A stretch of 63,906 nt of DNA, filler included, from Craspedostauros australis (taxonomy: Eukaryota): NCBI GenBank assembly GCA_030167865.1. It is 17 parts of 17 records of this genome, joined end to end, with 100 filler letters (N's around TTAATTAATTAA, not from the genome) between each part and the next. Parts side by side here need not be neighbours in the genome. Positions count along the whole stretch, not along the records: positions 59,208 to 60,332 come from JALAGF010001875.1; positions 60,433 to 61,760 come from JALAGF010001876.1; positions 61,861 to 63,906 come from JALAGF010001882.1; 14 more parts are not named here. One strand, written 5' to 3'. Positions 59,208-63,906 of this stretch are shown here, piece after piece (the first letter of the stretch is position 1; every line of letters starts with the position of its first letter). The position numbers and the translations under genes are program-made. The notes under the pieces are model-generated. The model was not told the DNA's origin. It did no database searches and saw only the letters and a program-made list of their open reading frames with translations.

Positions 59208-59727
59208 GCGCAGCAGCACCACCACAAGTCCCAATGGAGAACGAATTGGCCTGTGGTACAAAGGCATTCACACCTGTGTGACGTGCACCTCTGCTTATGG
59301 ATGATGCGCAGTTTGGGCAAAATGGTGGCCTACTGCAGTGACTGCAGAACAGGGTCAGACATTGCTTGCAAGGCATGATACCAAAGCAGTTGGGACCCAT
59401 GTAGTTGGAAGTGGGAGTTGCCATGCTGTTGTTGGGATGGAATGTAGAGTATGGTAGACCACCCACGCCTGTACCGATGTAGCTGGGGATGCAAAAGGAA
59501 GGAGGTTGTATGTTGGGAGGGACATGATGATTCGCAACCATGGGGAGAGGAGGACTGTGAACGCTGCCATGGTGGTTTGGTCCGACATGTGCAGAGTATT
59601 GGTACGATGCGTAGTCCCCATGAGGTGGTTGGTGATAGATGGATGTGCCAGCAGTTGCTGTTTGACGCTGCACCTTTGATTGGGATGGATTGGGGTCGCT
59701 GCTCGAATCCTCGCGTGGACGGGTCAT
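59208..59727 (-). CDS. N-terminal fragment related to the Sola-like transposase N-terminus
   Basis: CFGIMPCKQCLTLFCSHCSRPPFCPNC parallels CFGNLECQGCGIVFCGCCNPAYARLSFCPQC at 26058-26150. Confidence 0.5.
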
Positions 59728-60432
59728 GATGCGATAGCGATGGTGGCTGACGGACGATGTGGGTGGGGGGAAGGCACGGATGATTCTGAATGATCTCGAT
59801 GTTGGGGAGCACTGAGCGTTGCGCTGACATTGCAGATAGGAGAACACAGCAGACAGCAACAACAACACACAACAAACCAAAATNNNNNNNNNNNATTCGT
59901 TCACAACAGCATGAGGGATGTGTTTGTGTCGAGATCGGCAGCAACAGTTCAACGGTCGCTCATTGGTGCATACGTGGTTGTGATTGGAGAATGTATGTGG
60001 AACCATCTGCGATTTTTATTCTGGCGAAAGAGTGAGTGTGACGCAGCGCCAACACAACGAGAGAGCAAGTGCAAGAGAGAGAGAGAGAGCAACAAGTGCT
60101 ACATCAATCCGTCTGTCCATTCATTCTCTATTGATTTTGTCTTTTTATTCTCGTCGATTGTAGCCTCAATTTCTCATCATTTGCATTGGCATCGTGAGAG
60201 ACGATCGAGTGTGTATCATGATTACGTCCCTGGTGGCCGAACGCAACCCGGTAGAATACAATCGATCTGTTCTTCGTTGGCTGCCATTTGGAGTTGTGTT
60301 GGCTGTCGGCGCCGATCGTCTCAGATGCGACGNNNNNNNNNNNNNNNNNNNNNNNNNNNNNNNNNNNNNNNNNNNNTTAATTAATTAANNNNNNNNNNNN
60401 NNNNNNNNNNNNNNNNNNNNNNNNNNNNNNNN

Positions 60433-61760
60433 TCCACAAATGCATATCCTACCATCTGCACGTCTTCGCCGCTCACCGCTGTCGTAAATCGCGCGGTGTG
60501 CCCTTCCTTCTTCATCACTTCCAGTATGGGCGATGAGATCACTGCCCATATGACAGGCCCTGCTCCGTTTCCTTGGTAAATACCTTGCATAGGCACCACC
60601 CATCCGCTTCCTCCGTACGTATGCTTGGATTCGCCATACGCCGTTCGGATGTAATGCTCAAGGTGTTGGAGCGTGCTGAACATGCACACCACTTCCGACT
60701 GCGCTATCCCTTGTCGCTGCAATCCTAACGACGCTATCGAGTGCACGATCCGATCGTAGCAGCTCTTTAGGTCGTTTGTGCACAGTACTGTCGGGATCCG
60801 TGTTTGTCTTGCCCAGTCCATGGTGAGTTGTTTGTTCAGCGCGTGGTCAATGGCGCGGTGTCGTTTCCGACTTCCGTATTGTTCTTCTGCGAATCCTTTC
60901 TGCTGCTCTGCCTGCTTCGCCGCTTTCCTTCCGATGGCTTTGTTCGCGAAATTGAAATCGGCTTCGAACAGCACAATTGTTCTGAGCTTGTCCACGCGAA
61001 AACTGTTGGCCTTCTTCATGATCTCCACGTCAGTTCCTCTCCGCCATCGCTTATACGAGTACCCACTCTTCATCGCCACCGACGTCATGCTGGCTTCGAA
61101 ATCCGAGTTGGATCGGTGGTGAGCGATGGCCTTGAAGTGCCCAAAGTGTAGTCCTGATGGCCCTGCGGAGGTATCTTCCTTGGCCTTCTTCCATCCTTGC
61201 TGGAATTCATCGGTTGTCATTCCTGCTGGGATTTGCTGTTTGGCCACCGATTTCAGCCCTTGCAGTAATCTCTTTGCTCCTTCGTCGACCCATGACTTCG
61301 GTTGATAGTCTCCCTTCAGCGTTCTGTCGGCCGCCTCGGTTACTCCTAGATACCCGAATTCCTTCGCCAGTGTGCCGTGCATGAATGGCGTTTCCTCCGT
61401 TTGCCGGAACCTCCTTTTGTTCTCTTCCATACATCCTTTCTCGATCTCCTCCTTGCCCGTCCGCTCTACCCAATTTCCTTGGCCGTCCGGGGCTATCACC
61501 ATTGATATGCCTGCCGCTGTATTGCTTCCTGTGGCTGTTCTGATCCTTTTGTACGTTGCCCTCACTCTCTCTTTCTTGCGTAGCTGTCGTAGTTGCTGCT
61601 CTGTCGCCTCCGTTTCACTCTTCTCTGTGTTCGGTTGTTGTTGTAGCCCCGCTCTCCCTCTTGCTATCGCTAACCCTTCCAGCCAGTTCTCTCTTGCCTT
61701 CGTAGCTCTTGTTCGGAACGTTCGTAGTGCCTCGTACGCCGCTTGTTGTTCCTTCGTCAA
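60433..61760 (-). mobile_element. Ambal-like non-LTR retrotransposon reverse transcriptase (internal ORF2 fragment)
   Basis: TSAGPSGLHFGH, KLRTIVLFEADFN, EQYGSRK, NDLKSCYDRIVH and QGIYQGNGAGP. Ends YAFV just before the expected DD. Frame is open across the contig. Confidence 0.88.
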
Positions 61761-63906
61761 NNNNNNNNNNNNNNNNNNNNNNNNNNNNNNNNNNNNNNNN
61801 NNNNTTAATTAATTAANNNNNNNNNNNNNNNNNNNNNNNNNNNNNNNNNNNNNNNNNNNNTCATTTTTGTTATTGGTTTGCTGTGATGTGCGCATGTGTT
61901 GCATATGGCCGGTGTGCCAAGTATTGTGTACATTTGTAGCGTGAACTCATCCTGCTAGCGAGCACAGACCTGTGGGTACTTGTACTCGACGACAGCACCG
62001 ATGCCATTGTCGATCTTGATGCCGATGTTGNNNNNNNNNNNNNNNNNNNNNNNNNNNNNNNNNNNNNNNNNNNNNNNNNNNNNNNNNNNNNNNNNNNNNN
62101 NNNNNNNNNNNNNNNNNNNNNNNNNNNNNNNNCAGAAGTATCTCAACAGCCAACTGCTGTGTCGCCGTTCACATCAAAGGAACACTTCTGTCCTTGTTTT
62201 GTTGGGATTTTGTAGAAAACGATGTTGTCAATTTTTCGTATGTCTTGGTACTGCTGCGGAAGTACTAGTATTAAACGACAACAATACTGAGCATACGATA
62301 GTACCATCGAAACGATATCATGACCGTATCGGTCGGAATCGTCGTTCTGTTACGACAATGCAGTTTGTCGCCTCGAGATACTCAAACGGAGATACTGCAC
62401 GTAAATAATTGCAGTTTATTTGCTCAATACGTGATTTCTGAGAAAGTGTCAAAGTTCCACAATNNNNNNNNNNNNNNNNNNNNNNNNNNNNNNNNNNNNN
62501 NNNNNNNNNNNNNNNNNNNNNNNNNNNNNNNNNNNNNNNNNNNNNNNNNNNNNNNNNNNNNNNNNNNNNNNNNNNNNNNNNNNNNNNNNNNNNNNNNNNN
62601 NNNNNNNNCTCCCCTCAATTCACCCTTCAATGGGATGGCTTGCTCGTCGAAGTGATAAAGTCTAAGCCATTTGATTGGCTGGGGTCGCCGGCCATGCCAA
62701 AAAATAGCCACTCGAACCCCTCTGATGTCACACCCTGTCCCTTGCGAGTGCCGATCATCCAACCAAAGCCACGCACAAGGGAGGAATGGTCTTCCACACA
62801 ATCTTCGACTTGTTGTGAATCAACCATGATGCAAGTACACGTAGTCCGCAGTTCGTAGATCGTAGATCGTAGTCCAGAGGTAGTAGAATAGTACAAACAA
62901 CTACATGATCCATTCGCACGACCAGAAAGAGAGAGAGAGAGAGAGATGGAGCAAATGAAACTTGTTCATAATTGATGAGGTTGACGCCTTTGTCTTTGAT
63001 GCAGACTCATGTTCCTTCAAAGAGAAAGGCGCAGAACAACAGCTCCCCTCCCCCAACCTTCTTTCCATTCGATTGTTCTCTACCATGTGCGGTGCTCAAC
63101 GATTGCCATGCTTCTCTGGTTGCCGACTCGTTTCTTTCTCCTCTCCTGCAACCACGGTGCATTCAGTCAACCTTGTCTTGGTTGGATGTTTCCAAAATGC
63201 ATCATCTCCTCATGGCAGAGTGTCGTCTTGCGTAGCCCAGCATCACGTTACAATCAATACGACGGATACGATAGATCTCTGTCATGCTCTTCAGACACTC
63301 GTATCCTCTGTGCGTTTTGCAACTCGCCATGACCACGAGGCTGTTCATCGAATGGGCGGAAAGCAGTTGCGATACGACCAAAGTACCAGCGGGAAGTCTT
63401 GCAGAACAACATGATGCCATCCGTTATACTTGCAAACCATCCTCCATCCGCCACCCTCCATCAGTTTTCGAAAGATCGCATCAACTCAACTCAGCCAAAC
63501 TCAACTCAGCTCGACTCAACCCACAAACAGAGCACATCGCTCCCAATAGCACAGAATCACACAAGAGACCAACAATCTTTCATCTTCAACAACGCCGTTT
63601 GCGACAACCTCAAACGATCTTCAGCCGTCCTTTTGTTCCCACAGATCTTGGGGGGGGGGGAAAGACGGTAATTTTGCATTTCCCATGATAAGGCAACAAC
63701 AGTTTCTTCCATAATCAGCAGTTCAAAAGTCAAAAANCAAACTGAAAATTTGCCATCTTTCAGCATTCTTCCTGTCAGTTGTTTGCACAATCATCCTGAT
63801 TTATGCAAAACCCAGATTCGTAGCTCCATTTTTGACTTTTACACCCTGTTGCCTGATCGTGTGTGTTGTCCGGACATTCCTCATTGTCATGGCCAACTTG
63901 TGCTTC

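Noticed and set aside
61861..63906. Last contig
   Set aside because: Gapped, with only short unrecognisable ORFs, a (GA)n tract and a poly-G run. No feature can be supported.

Overview
This is eukaryotic, diatom-like DNA, not a prokaryotic locus. The evidence is GT-AG introns in an importin-alpha gene, bipartite plastid-targeting presequences, and diatom-type Copia, Gypsy and Ambal-like retroelements. It is also not one contiguous locus. About 17 small contigs are concatenated with artificial 100-nt spacers (~44 N + TTAATTAATTAA + ~44 N), so gene neighbourhoods across spacers mean nothing. A large fraction is transposon-derived: three copies of one Ty1/copia family and its LTRs, three Ambal-like non-LTR fragments, a Gypsy gag pseudogene, a large Sola-like DDD transposase, and Harbinger-like and piggyBac-like remnants. 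Host genes include importin-alpha, an ankyrin protein, an AhpC/TSA-like protein, a CRM-domain protein, a four-FAS1 fasciclin, a STAND-like AAA ATPase and a 2OG-Fe(II) oxygenase. The most striking gene is an intronless 1477-aa NRPS-like synthetase at 6938-11371. It fuses a fatty acyl-AMP ligase (FAAL)-type adenylation domain and a carrier domain to a three-repeat membrane module of the epsilon-poly-L-lysine synthetase (Pls/PosA) type. Other unusual signals: (1) the Copia LTR splits at one CA|TG junction into an 86-bp and a ~793-bp module, each of which also occurs alone; (2) a palindrome sits where the primer-binding site should be; (3) the Copia carries an extra ~400-aa region between Gag and protease; (4) the Sola-like transposase has a long basic insertion in its catalytic core and a conserved Cys-rich N-terminal motif. 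All family assignments come from motif recognition by eye; no database searches were run.
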